From assembly GCA_016718655.1 (NCBI GenBank), contig JADKCV010000002.1, forward strand, positions 87,803 through 151,802: a DNA stretch of 64,000 nt, read 5' to 3'. The DNA is from Flavobacteriales bacterium (GTDB taxonomy: Bacteria; Bacteroidota; Bacteroidia; Flavobacteriales_F; PHOS-HE28). The translations under genes were made by a program, and so were the position numbers. Shown here in pieces: positions 50,480-59,795 of this stretch (positions within the stretch are counted from its first letter, which is position 1; the number at the start of each line of letters is the position of its first letter). The notes beneath the pieces are model-generated. The model ran no database searches. It was not told the DNA's origin and saw only the letters and a list, made by a program, of their open reading frames with translations.

Positions 50480-50524
50480 GCACCATGTCCGCACCGAACG
50501 CTTCTTGGCAGTAGATCAGCCCTT

Positions 50525-51655
50525 ATGAGCAAACGAGATCCATACGAGGTTCTGGGAGTGGCCCGCAACGCGTCGCCCGAGGAGATCAAGAAGGCCTACC
50601 GCAAATTGGCCATCAAGTTCCACCCGGACAAGAACCCCGGGGACAAAGCGGCCGAGGAGAAATTCAAGGAAGCGGCCAGTGCTTATGAGATCCTGAGCGA
50701 TACTGACAAGAAGGCCCGATACGACCGCTTCGGCCATGCCGGACAAGGCATGGGGGGAGGTGGAGGATTCCAGGGTGGAGGCATGAACATGGAGGACATC
50801 TTCTCCCAATTCGGCGACATTTTCGGCGGGGGGGGCTTCGGGGGGGCCTTCGGTGGCGGCTTCGGCAGCCAACGCGGTGGACGGAACGTCAAAGGAAGCA
50901 ACCTGCGCGTGCGGCTCAAGCTGACCCTTGAGGAGATCGCCCAAGGGGTCGAGCGCAAGATCAAGGTGACCAAGCTGGTGCGTGCCAAAGGCAGCGAATA
51001 CGGGACCTGTGGCACCTGCGGCGGCAACGGTCAAGTGCGCAGGGTGCAGAGCACATTCCTGGGCCAAATGCAAACGGTGACCACGTGCCCCACGTGTAGC
51101 GGTGTGGGCCAGACCGTGAGCAAGCGCGGAGCGGGTAGCGATGAGAACGGACTAACGCGCGAAGAGGTCGTGGTGCCGATCCGGATCCCGGCAGGCGTGG
51201 AAGAGGGTATGCAATTGAATATCAGTGGCATGGGCAACGAGGCTCCTGCCGGAGGTGTCCCTGGGGACTTGCTTGTGGTGATCGAAGAAGAGCAGCATCC
51301 TGAACTGCGCCGTGACGGACAGAACCTGCACCACGAGGTGTTCATCAGCATGGTGGATGCGGCGCTCGGTGCCCAGGTGGAGGTGCCCATTGTAGGTGGT
51401 AAGGCCAAGGTGAAGGTGGAGCCCGGCACCCAGAGCAACCACGTGCTGCGCCTCAAGGGGAAGGGATTACCCAGCCTCAATCACCACGGCCATGGCGACC
51501 TTTTCGTGCACGTTGCCGTTTGGACCCCCACCGACCTCAGCAAGGAGGAACGCACCACATTGGAACGCCTGCGCGAAAGCCCTGGCTTCCATCCTCGCCC
51601 GACCGCCAAGGACAAGGGGTTCTTCGAGCGTGTCAAGGACATGTTCGGGCACTAG
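50525..51655 (+). CDS. dnaJ: molecular chaperone DnaJ
   Basis: J domain with HPD ([16 protein letters not shown]), G/F-rich region, CxxCxGxG zinc finger (CGTCGGNGQ). Confidence 0.95.
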   Translation: MSKRDPYEVLGVARNASPEEIKKAYRKLAIKFHPDKNPGDKAAEEKFKEAASAYEILSDTDKKARYDRFGHAGQGMGGGGGFQGGGMNMEDIFSQFGDIFGGGGFGGAFGGGFGSQRGGRNVKGSNLRVRLKLTLEEIAQGVERKIKVTKLVRAKGSEYGTCGTCGGNGQVRRVQSTFLGQMQTVTTCPTCSGVGQTVSKRGAGSDENGLTREEVVVPIRIPAGVEEGMQLNISGMGNEAPAGGVPGDLLVVIEEEQHPELRRDGQNLHHEVFISMVDAALGAQVEVPIVGGKAKVKVEPGTQSNHVLRLKGKGLPSLNHHGHGDLFVHVAVWTPTDLSKEERTTLERLRESPGFHPRPTAKDKGFFERVKDMFGH

Positions 51656-51667
51656 GTCGGTCCGTTC

Positions 51668-52003
51668 TCATTCGTTCAGCACCCCTGCGTCGGCAGCGTT
51701 CAAGCGCACCGAAAGGATACCATTCTCCATGGACCGGGCATCGGCGTACATCTGGCTGGTACCGATCACCTCGCCGTTGGCGGCCTTCAGGTTGAAGTGG
51801 TATCGGCCATCCGCAGCAATGGTGCGCTCGAAGAAGCGGTCCTCCGCACAGTGACGCTGCACACTCGCGATGCCCTTGAGGCAATTGTCCCGGCGTACAT
51901 AACCCTCGCTGCTCAGGATCACCTGTCCATTGGAGGCTACGAGGTTGAACCGGAATTCCCCGGCCTTGTCGATCTTGATGTGGAAGTTCGCCATGGCCAT
52001 CAT
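51668..52003 (-). CDS. YegP/DUF1508 (UPF0339) family protein, tandem repeat
   Basis: Two repeats of FRFNLVASNGQVILSSEGY / YHFNLKAANGEVIGTSQMY. Confidence 0.75.
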   Translation of the reverse strand: MMAMANFHIKIDKAGEFRFNLVASNGQVILSSEGYVRRDNCLKGIASVQRHCAEDRFFERTIAADGRYHFNLKAANGEVIGTSQMYADARSMENGILSVRLNAADAGVLNE

Positions 52004-52106
52004 CCCGTATCGGGACGTGAAGATGCAATGAGCGCCCGGGATCCGAACTGACAGTGGTCAGCCCCGTCCTTCTGCGTTGTCCCGAGCCCGGCTACCTTCG
52101 GCCCGC

Positions 52107-53783
52107 ATGTCGGAACAGCACATCGTCGGGAACCTGGTCGATATCGATGCGCGCCGCATCCTTCCTGCGGAAGTGACGATCCAGGAAGGTCGGATCACGT
52201 CCATACGTGAAATCGACCATGCCGTGGATGGGTTCCTGTTACCAGGATTCATCGACGCTCACGTTCACGTAGAGAGCTCCATGCTCATTCCGAGCGAGTT
52301 CGCCCGCTTGGCAGTGACCCATGGTACCGTGGCCACCATCAGTGACCCCCACGAGATCGCCAATGTGCTGGGTGTTGAAGGGGTGGAATTCATGATCGCC
52401 AACGGGCGGCAAGTTCCCTTCCACTTCTTTTTCGGTGCACCCAGTTGCGTACCTGCCACGCTCTTCGAAACGGCAGGGGCCAGGATCGATGATGAGGCCG
52501 TCGGTCGACTATTGGAACGCCCTGAGATCGTGTACTTGAGCGAAGTGATGGACTTCCCCGGCGTGATCAATCGCGACCCGGGATTGATGGCCAAGCTCGC
52601 CCACGCACAGCGGTTGGGCAAGGTCATCGATGGACATGCTCCGGGGCTGCGCGGGGAAGCCGCAACGCGATACATCCGGGGTGGGATATCCGAGGGGCCG
52701 GTGGTGATCTCCACAGACCATGAGTGCTTCACGTTGGACGAAGCGTTGGACAAACTCCAGGCAGGCATGATGATCAGCATCCGTGAAGGCAGTGCTGCGC
52801 GAAATCTGGATGCCTTGATGCCCTTGCTGAGCTCCCATCCTGATCGCGTGATGCTGTGTTGCGATGACACCCACCCGGACAGCTTGGTGAATGGCCACAT
52901 CAACCTCCTGTGCGCCAGGGCGGTATCTTCCGGGGCAGAACTCTTTGATGTGTTACAAGCCGCCTGTCTGAACCCGATCCGACACTACCGGCTTCCAGTT
53001 GGCCGACTCCATGTTGGAGACCCTGCGGACCTGATCCAGGTGAAGGACCTGCGCGGTTTTGAGGTGACCCGGACCTGGATAGGGGGAGAATTGGTGGCGG
53101 AACACGGCCGTGCGTGCTTTCCCAGCGTGACCTCAGCCAGGCCCAACCACTTTGCATGTACCTCGAAGACCCCCGACCAGTTCCAGGTGATGGCCTCTTC
53201 CGACCTGATCGCGGTCATCGAAGCCATCGACGGTCAATTGATCACGCACAAACGCTGGATGCTTGGAAAGGTGGAAGGCGACCACCTTGTGCCCGATATC
53301 GAGCAGGACATCCTGAAGATCGCCGTGGTGAACCGCTATCGGGATGCCCCGGTAGCGGTTGGCTGGATCCGGAACATCGGGTTGGTACGTGGTGCAATTG
53401 CCAGTTGTGTTGCCCACGACAGCCATAACATCGTTGCCGTAGGCACGAACGACACCGACCTTTGCAGGGCCATCAACCTCATCATCGCCCATTCGGGTGG
53501 GATCAGTGTGGTGGAGGGGTCCAAGGAGGAGATCCTCCCCCTACCTGTGGCCGGGATCATGTCCGACAGGGACGCATACGAAGTTGCTGGGGCATATGCG
53601 GAACTCGACCGCGCAGCCAAAGCATTGGGAAGTCCCTTGCGCGCCCCGTTCATGACTCTCAGCTTCATGGCACTCTTGGTCATCCCTCATCTTAAAATGA
53701 GCGATCTTGGCTTGTTCGATGGAGATGAGGGTCGATTGATGGACCTTTCAATGGGCCGTTCCGGGCCGGGACAAGGCGTATGA
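52107..53783 (+). CDS. ade: adenine deaminase (amidohydrolase superfamily)
   Basis: GFIDAHVHVESSMLIPSEFARLAVTHGTVATISDPHEIANVLG is the conserved adenine deaminase N-terminus. Length ~559 aa. Confidence 0.8.
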   Translation: MSEQHIVGNLVDIDARRILPAEVTIQEGRITSIREIDHAVDGFLLPGFIDAHVHVESSMLIPSEFARLAVTHGTVATISDPHEIANVLGVEGVEFMIANGRQVPFHFFFGAPSCVPATLFETAGARIDDEAVGRLLERPEIVYLSEVMDFPGVINRDPGLMAKLAHAQRLGKVIDGHAPGLRGEAATRYIRGGISEGPVVISTDHECFTLDEALDKLQAGMMISIREGSAARNLDALMPLLSSHPDRVMLCCDDTHPDSLVNGHINLLCARAVSSGAELFDVLQAACLNPIRHYRLPVGRLHVGDPADLIQVKDLRGFEVTRTWIGGELVAEHGRACFPSVTSARPNHFACTSKTPDQFQVMASSDLIAVIEAIDGQLITHKRWMLGKVEGDHLVPDIEQDILKIAVVNRYRDAPVAVGWIRNIGLVRGAIASCVAHDSHNIVAVGTNDTDLCRAINLIIAHSGGISVVEGSKEEILPLPVAGIMSDRDAYEVAGAYAELDRAAKALGSPLRAPFMTLSFMALLVIPHLKMSDLGLFDGDEGRLMDLSMGRSGPGQGV

Positions 53784-53820
53784 CCCTTCGGGGTCTACCT
53801 TGTGCAAGAAGTAGCATAAC

Positions 53821-54423
53821 GTGATCCGCTTCTCGACCATCGTTGTCATTGCGCTCATCGTGGGCGGTTGCAAAGGCCCTGGTGCTTCATTGGCCCATGG
53901 TCGATGGATGACGCGCGACCTCCAAGACCCCGCTCCACCGCAAAACGAACGGCGGGAAGTGAACGCCTCTGCCGGTCACATTCCAAGTGCCCAGCGGTCG
54001 TCCGTGGAACCCAGCCTGTCCAGCATCCCGCTCGGAACGGCATCGTTCTCACGCACGACGCCAGTCCTTCCTTCCCCTGTCACGCGCCAACGCTCCATCC
54101 CGGTCGAGTGCTCCATTGCTTCCCCTATCACGGCACAACCACGGGACGAACCGGAGAACCTGATGCCACGCAAGCGATGGAATTGGCTCGCCATACCCGC
54201 CTTTCTGCTGGCAGGTGCCACCCTGTTCATTGCACTGACCACCGTACAAACCGCATTGGTCCTCCTGTTGGCCGGATCGACCCTGATCGTGGCGGGCATC
54301 TCCTTGAAACGTATCCGGAAACGCGAGCAAGCCGGGAAAGGGTTCGCCCTGATCGCATTGGTGGTGGGTATCATCGCCTTGTTATTGACAGGTGTGGCCA
54401 TCGCCGTTTACGGGCTTGTTTGA
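53821..54423 (+). CDS. hypothetical membrane lipoprotein (lipobox VGGC) with C-terminal TM hairpin
   Basis: N-terminus MIRFSTIVVIALIVGGCKG. Two C-terminal hydrophobic helices. Confidence 0.45.
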   Translation: MIRFSTIVVIALIVGGCKGPGASLAHGRWMTRDLQDPAPPQNERREVNASAGHIPSAQRSSVEPSLSSIPLGTASFSRTTPVLPSPVTRQRSIPVECSIASPITAQPRDEPENLMPRKRWNWLAIPAFLLAGATLFIALTTVQTALVLLLAGSTLIVAGISLKRIRKREQAGKGFALIALVVGIIALLLTGVAIAVYGLV

Positions 54424-54571
54424 AGGCAAAGACAGTGGACGGAAATACGGACACGATGAATGACACGCTTCTGAACAGATCGGTGGACACCACGGTCGAC
54501 ATCCTCCTGTTCACATCCTCTTGTTCTTCAATAACGATGGGCGATCCGTAACGACGGACCTTTGGACATCC

Positions 54572-55717
54572 ATGAGGACGTATGACGAGACACACACCTG
54601 GCTAAGGTTCAGGTCGGAATTGAGGCAGGCGCCTCCTTCCTTCTGGCTCTTGGTGGGTGAGGTGGTCGCCTTGTATCGGCAGCTACGCAATGCCCCTGTA
54701 CCCCGGAATGAAGCCCGTGCATTGGAACGTTCCGTGGTGATCGAAGGACTGGCCGCACGATTGGCGCTGGATGGCCACGCCCTGACCACCGATCATGTTC
54801 GTTCGCACCTGGAAGGACATAGGATCGACCCGAACGAAGAGCCGTTGGTACACGAAGTGGATGACCTTTTCCTTCTTGGACAGACCTTGCAAGCGGAGGA
54901 CCCAACGACATTGGCCGCGCTTTCCCCGGAACTCCTCTTGACCCTCCATCGGGCCATCGCGGAACACGCCGATCCGATCCATATGGCCGGCCGATGGCGC
55001 ACTTCGGATCCCGGACAACGTGATCAAGGTGTGCCTTGCACGCTGATCGCGACCTTCATGGACGACCTCTGCGACTGGTTGAACGGATCGGAGTTGCTCG
55101 CACCTGCTGGGGATGAAGAACTGCACCATGCCTTGCTCAAGGGCCTGCTCCTTGAACTTCATGTCGCTTGGATCGTACCGTTCGAAAGTGCCAATGCGCG
55201 CTTGGCCGGTGTGGCGATGCAACGGTTGTTGCTTGCCGCAGGCGGCGATGACCTACTGGCCCATTTACTCGCCACCCATTTCCATCGCACACGACCCGAA
55301 TACCTGCGGCAGGTCAAGCACGGTGCACAAGGTCAAGGTGACCCGATCCCGTTCATGGCCTACGGGCTGCGTGGCCTGCGCAACGCCTTGGACCAGCTTC
55401 TCGATCGCATGAGGGTCGCACAATTATCCGGTCTTTGGCGCGATCATGTACGAAGCGCCTTGGATGGGGTACCCGGTGCCCAAGCGGAGCGCCAAGCGCT
55501 ATTGCTCATTCGTTTGGGCGAACTTTCCGAACCGGTATCGCCTTCGGCAATTCCGTCGTCGAGCCCCGAGTTGGCGAAGGCGTATGCAGAGGTGTCCGCC
55601 AAGACGTTACAACGAGACCTTGAGGCCCTGGCCGCAACCGGGATCCTTTGGCGCAATACCTCAGGTGTCCAAGTCCGCAAGGCACCCATATTGGCATTCA
55701 AAGGACGCTCGCACTAA
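54572..55717 (+). CDS. Fic-fold (Fido) protein with strongly degenerate active-site loop (IVPFESANARLAG)
   Basis: Upstream helix LLTLHRAIAEHADPIHMAGRWRTSDPGQ parallels the first Fic protein's LRQAHTLLMHGLATDAGHFRTGPMDV. The xPFxxxNxR loop is retained but catalytic His, GNG and acidic residue are replaced. Confidence 0.4.
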   Translation: MRTYDETHTWLRFRSELRQAPPSFWLLVGEVVALYRQLRNAPVPRNEARALERSVVIEGLAARLALDGHALTTDHVRSHLEGHRIDPNEEPLVHEVDDLFLLGQTLQAEDPTTLAALSPELLLTLHRAIAEHADPIHMAGRWRTSDPGQRDQGVPCTLIATFMDDLCDWLNGSELLAPAGDEELHHALLKGLLLELHVAWIVPFESANARLAGVAMQRLLLAAGGDDLLAHLLATHFHRTRPEYLRQVKHGAQGQGDPIPFMAYGLRGLRNALDQLLDRMRVAQLSGLWRDHVRSALDGVPGAQAERQALLLIRLGELSEPVSPSAIPSSSPELAKAYAEVSAKTLQRDLEALAATGILWRNTSGVQVRKAPILAFKGRSH

Positions 55718-56567
55718 GCCTTTCCGCTTCCAGAAAGAGTGCTTCCGGTCCCTCGTTCCGTTCGCGAACGGCTTTCAACGAGGCCGAGCCGGCCGACTTC
55801 GACAACTTCCCACCTTGGGGGTCGAGGATCAACTCGTGGTGCACGAAGCGTATACCAAGGAACCCACCCATTCCCAACATCCCGGCGATATGCAGTTGAC
55901 ATGCTGTGGAAGGCAGCAGGTCCACCCCTCTAACGATATGTGTGATGCCCATGTCGATATCGTCCGCCAATGACGCGATCTGGTAGGATGGTCTGCCAAG
56001 GACCGATGGTCCAGGCCGTTGACGGATAACGGGTTCACCCATGGCAGCATGGAGGTCAACCACCCTATCCTCCCCCCTCCATGTTGGAATGCGGACCATG
56101 CATGCCGGAGGAACGCGAAGGCGTAAGCTGGCAGACAGCCGAACACCTTCCAGCTCGTTGGCTTCGCACCCCCTTATGCAGATCGAACCCGTTCCCATCG
56201 GTCGGGTTTGCGGGCGGGAGCAGGTGCAAGCGAACACCGCCTGATGCCGGATCAGGTCCTCCACCACAGCGTTGTAGCGCGCCAGCCGAAGGGACTGGCT
56301 GAAATTCAGAAAATGGTCCGAAGCACAGGTCGGCCCTCGTTGCCAGTCGATGCCCAGCCAATGGAGTCCCTCGAAGATGTCCTCCACAAAGGCTGGCCGC
56401 GTTCGTTCCTGGTCCAGGTCATCGATCCGGAGGACCATGGTGGCCCCGATCCGTGATGCAAGGAAATGGGTGAGCAGGAAGGAGATCGCATTCCCGGCAT
56501 GAAGGAACCCACTGGGAGTGGGGGCCAATCGCGTGGCCGGACCTTTTCCAGTGTGGGTTTGGACCAT
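55698..56567 (-). CDS. gluQ: glutamyl-Q tRNA(Asp) synthetase (GluRS catalytic-domain paralog)
   Basis: Class-I motifs PSGFLHAGNA (HIGH-type) and KLSKS. Zinc knuckle FACTCSR. About 290 aa from the ATG at 56567. Confidence 0.75.
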   Translation of the reverse strand: MVQTHTGKGPATRLAPTPSGFLHAGNAISFLLTHFLASRIGATMVLRIDDLDQERTRPAFVEDIFEGLHWLGIDWQRGPTCASDHFLNFSQSLRLARYNAVVEDLIRHQAVFACTCSRPQTRPMGTGSICIRGCEANELEGVRLSASLRLRVPPACMVRIPTWRGEDRVVDLHAAMGEPVIRQRPGPSVLGRPSYQIASLADDIDMGITHIVRGVDLLPSTACQLHIAGMLGMGGFLGIRFVHHELILDPQGGKLSKSAGSASLKAVRERNEGPEALFLEAERLSASVL

Positions 56568-56599
56568 GGTGGTCGAGATCGGTCGATGTCGAAGCGGTG

Positions 56600-56684
56600 T
56601 GCCCGGGGCGGGACTCGAACCCGCACAGCCCTTACGGACCAAGGGATTTTAAGTCCCTCGTGTCTACCATTTCACCACCCGGGC
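56600..56684 (-). tRNA. tRNA-Leu (anticodon TAA)
   Basis: GCCCGGGTGGTGAAATGGTAGACACGAGGGACTTAAAATCCCTTGGTCCGTAAGGGCTGTGCGGGTTCGAGTCCCGCCCCGGGCA. Long variable arm. T-loop GGTTCGAGTCC. Confidence 0.85.
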
Positions 56685-56739
56685 CCGTCCCCATGAACGG
56701 TTTCGTCACCGCCACCAGCACGGCCGAAAATAGCGATGC

Positions 56740-56774
56740 CTCCCGGGGGAGGCATCTGAGCGAGAAACGGGACT
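56740..56774 (-). terminator. rho-independent terminator following tRNA-Gly (GATGCCTCCC-GGG-GGAGGCATC + TATTTTCGGC on minus strand)
   Basis: Perfect 10-bp stem at 56751-56774 followed by a T-tract on the transcribed strand. Confidence 0.65.
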
Positions 56775-56776
56775 CG

Positions 56777-56849
<73 letters not shown>

Positions 56850-56882
56850 GAAAGTGGTTGCGATCCGCAAACAGATCTTCCA

Positions 56883-59795
56883 TCATTCCATCGCATCGGT
56901 CACGATCACCGACCAATCCCGCAGTTGTACCGTATCGCCGGATGAATGCCAGAAATACACCCCCCATTCCGCCCCTGGCACCGTTCCGGCCAGGGGGCGC
57001 ACCACGGTCGAACTGTTCCACGTGAGACCAGGTGCAGGTGGTTCCAGTGGCACTGCCTCATAGGTGAGCACCTCCTCTCCGCTCCGTTGTTCGATCACCA
57101 TTCGGCATTGGAAGGGCCCGTCCGATCGGAAACCGGCGTTGATGACCAGTTCGGAACCTCGGATCCGGGATAGTGTATCAGGCACGAAGCGGAACGCGGG
57201 CGTGAACGGGGATCTGGAATGGAGCGCGCTTGATCCCGAAGAACGGTGCAACGTATCCGATCCAGGGGACCGCGGAGGCCGCACAAGGGCCCAAACACCG
57301 GCATGTTCACCTTCCCAGCACACCTGGGGCGGGCCATACGTACCTGCCAACCAGGCTCGCATCGAAGTGGTCATCGGTACGCCATGCCATGCCACGATCA
57401 AACTGTCCGGCAACGTTTCACCCACTGCTCCAGCAAGTGCGTTGACACGATCGGGAGCATCGATCCGGATGTTTCGCTGGTCCGGACCAAGCCCGTTCAC
57501 CGGGCGATCGGTGTTCACCACGGTACGCACGTTCGACCAATTCACGACCCGATCCGTCACATGGGACCACTCGGTGACCAATCGTTCAGCCTTGGGAACC
57601 TGTCCAAATACGGACCAGCACCATGCTCCGAACAGCACGCCCGAGAACATGAGGTGCACTAACCGCCGATCACTGGTCATGCTAAGGGCGAACAGCGCCA
57701 AGAACCACGTGCCTTGGGACAGCGCGAACAGCCCTGTGAGGAATGGCCTGGCATATACCACCTCCACCAGGTGTTCGCCAGCCGGGACCCAGGTGCCGAA
57801 GGCGGCTAGGTTCGCTGGAATGACCGGACCATCGTCCCCATCCACGGTGATGCACCAACCAGGATACCGGCTTTGTTGGACCAACAGAAAGGTCTCAGCA
57901 GTACTTCTGGTACGCAGGGTCCAACCTTGGTGATCACCGTTCAGCAATTCCACACGCGCGGCACACGGCCCCAGCGCCCGCTCGCCGATCGTCGCTGGGT
58001 GGACGAGTACGAGGTCCTTGTCCGCAATGAGGTCGATCCGCCCGTCCGGGATGGTGCCCATCGCCTTCACGTGTGTGCTCAGCGACATCAGTGGCCGTTC
58101 CAACATCGTTGCATGGAGGCGTGGCCATTCCGCAGTGAGCCGCTGGTGATGGGCCAACCAGAAGGAGTTGAACCCATCGTGCGAGGGGCCGCCTTGGAAC
58201 ACGCGGGTGTTCCGCCAAAGTGGTTGCACCGGCCCTTGTCCGTCCTTATTGGCCCCCATGGCTACCAACTCGGGCACGACCGGCCCGGGAGGATATTCAG
58301 CCAACCTGGCAATGAGCACACGGGGATCCATGGGGTGGAGCGCCGTGGATGGTCGGGAGGTATGCACGGCAACCATGCCCTCCAACGCCACCAGGATGAG
58401 CATCCGATCACCACGTAGGTCTACAAGTGCCAGTACCACGGCCATGGCCAACACCAGCGCCCCTCCCAGAACCATGGGTAGTCCGCCATCCAGAACAGGT
58501 GCGTACGGGATCGAACCCGAGAGCAGCAACCGGGTCATCGGATCCCGGCCGAACGGGGTCGTCATTCCTTGGAGCATCATGCCTGAACCCAACAGCACGA
58601 ACAGCCCCATGGCGATCCGACGTGCACCGATGCCCTCCATCCGCTGCCATCCCCACGCTGCAAGTGGTAACAATCCGATCATCGTGAGGAACCAGAAGTA
58701 ACCCGGGAATCGGAACAGGTCCATACCGGGCAAGTAGGCCCAACACCAGCGGTGCACGGGAGTGACCGGTCCCAGAGCGGCCAGGGCGGCCAACACGCCC
58801 ACACCAGCCAGTATCCCGGTCCTACCGCGAAAGGCCACCCCGGCGCCCAGTACGCTGAATACCAAAGCGATCACTCCCATGTAGGTGTTCGCCATCGTGG
58901 GGTCGGTCCCCAATACCTCAGCCCCGAGGGATGCCGTAGCAGGTTGTAAGAGTGACGCCATGGCTCGTACGGTCAATGGGTTCACCTGGGCTTGTTCGAG
59001 GCTAAGCCCCCCTAAACGGGTCACTTGGTCCTTCACTTCCCAGACGGCGTGCAGCGTGCCTGCCGTCATAAGAGCGGTCATCAGGATCGCGCCACCTCCA
59101 TAGCCAAGCAGCTGGAACAACCTCCATCGATCATCACGGATCCTCCAGATGGCCAACAACACCAAGAAGGTCATCGGATAGGCGCTGAGTATCGATGAAC
59201 CGTGGTTGCCACCAGTGACCATCAAGGCCAAGAAAAGCGAGGTGCGTAGCGCCGTCCGCCAACCCGGTCGATCGAGCAAGGCGAGCAATGCAGCAAAGGC
59301 CCAAGGCGTCCATGCCGCGCTGATGACCGCGTAGAAGTGCATGGCGTGCCCGGTGAAATAACCGGAAAGCGCATAACACAGGCCTGCCATGATGCTTCCA
59401 CTCGATCCAACCCCAAGATGCGTCACCATGCGTCGCATACCCCAACCTCCGATCATCACATAGGCCAGGAACAGGTATTGCAGTACGATGGGTCCGTGAC
59501 CGACCGTTCCGGCCAAGGCGATCGCCTCCACGTACCAAGCCGGTCCTTGGAGATCGGCATGGACGGGATAGCCCATCTGTTGCAGGGAGTTCCACCATGG
59601 AAGGGCGCCATCCTGGATGGAAGAGGCGATGAACCACCGCCAAGGAAGCCAACAGTCCATGGTATCCCCCAAGGGAAGCGTGGCCTGAAGGGTCACCAAC
59701 GGCCAATAGGCCACCAGTACGGCCATACCGATGAGCACATCCCCTACATGTGCCGAGAGCCAGCTCCGCACCGGAACGTGCCACTGCTTCGCCAT
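56883..59795 (-). CDS. YfhO-family large polytopic membrane protein (GT-C-like glycosyltransferase)
   Basis: 970 aa. About 14 N-terminal TM helices followed by a large extracytoplasmic C-terminal domain, as in YfhO. Confidence 0.5.
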   Translation of the reverse strand: MAKQWHVPVRSWLSAHVGDVLIGMAVLVAYWPLVTLQATLPLGDTMDCWLPWRWFIASSIQDGALPWWNSLQQMGYPVHADLQGPAWYVEAIALAGTVGHGPIVLQYLFLAYVMIGGWGMRRMVTHLGVGSSGSIMAGLCYALSGYFTGHAMHFYAVISAAWTPWAFAALLALLDRPGWRTALRTSLFLALMVTGGNHGSSILSAYPMTFLVLLAIWRIRDDRWRLFQLLGYGGGAILMTALMTAGTLHAVWEVKDQVTRLGGLSLEQAQVNPLTVRAMASLLQPATASLGAEVLGTDPTMANTYMGVIALVFSVLGAGVAFRGRTGILAGVGVLAALAALGPVTPVHRWCWAYLPGMDLFRFPGYFWFLTMIGLLPLAAWGWQRMEGIGARRIAMGLFVLLGSGMMLQGMTTPFGRDPMTRLLLSGSIPYAPVLDGGLPMVLGGALVLAMAVVLALVDLRGDRMLILVALEGMVAVHTSRPSTALHPMDPRVLIARLAEYPPGPVVPELVAMGANKDGQGPVQPLWRNTRVFQGGPSHDGFNSFWLAHHQRLTAEWPRLHATMLERPLMSLSTHVKAMGTIPDGRIDLIADKDLVLVHPATIGERALGPCAARVELLNGDHQGWTLRTRSTAETFLLVQQSRYPGWCITVDGDDGPVIPANLAAFGTWVPAGEHLVEVVYARPFLTGLFALSQGTWFLALFALSMTSDRRLVHLMFSGVLFGAWCWSVFGQVPKAERLVTEWSHVTDRVVNWSNVRTVVNTDRPVNGLGPDQRNIRIDAPDRVNALAGAVGETLPDSLIVAWHGVPMTTSMRAWLAGTYGPPQVCWEGEHAGVWALVRPPRSPGSDTLHRSSGSSALHSRSPFTPAFRFVPDTLSRIRGSELVINAGFRSDGPFQCRMVIEQRSGEEVLTYEAVPLEPPAPGLTWNSSTVVRPLAGTVPGAEWGVYFWHSSGDTVQLRDWSVIVTDAME

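Noticed and set aside
50750-50890. Gly-rich low-complexity stretch in dnaJ ([14 protein letters not shown]...[14 protein letters not shown])
   Set aside because: This is the normal G/F-rich linker of DnaJ, not a repeat expansion of interest.
56585-56642. ORF-track 5' extension of gluQ overlapping tRNA-Leu
   Set aside because: The extension lacks the class-I motifs. The internal ATG at 56567 gives a normal-length GluQRS and removes the overlap with the tRNA.
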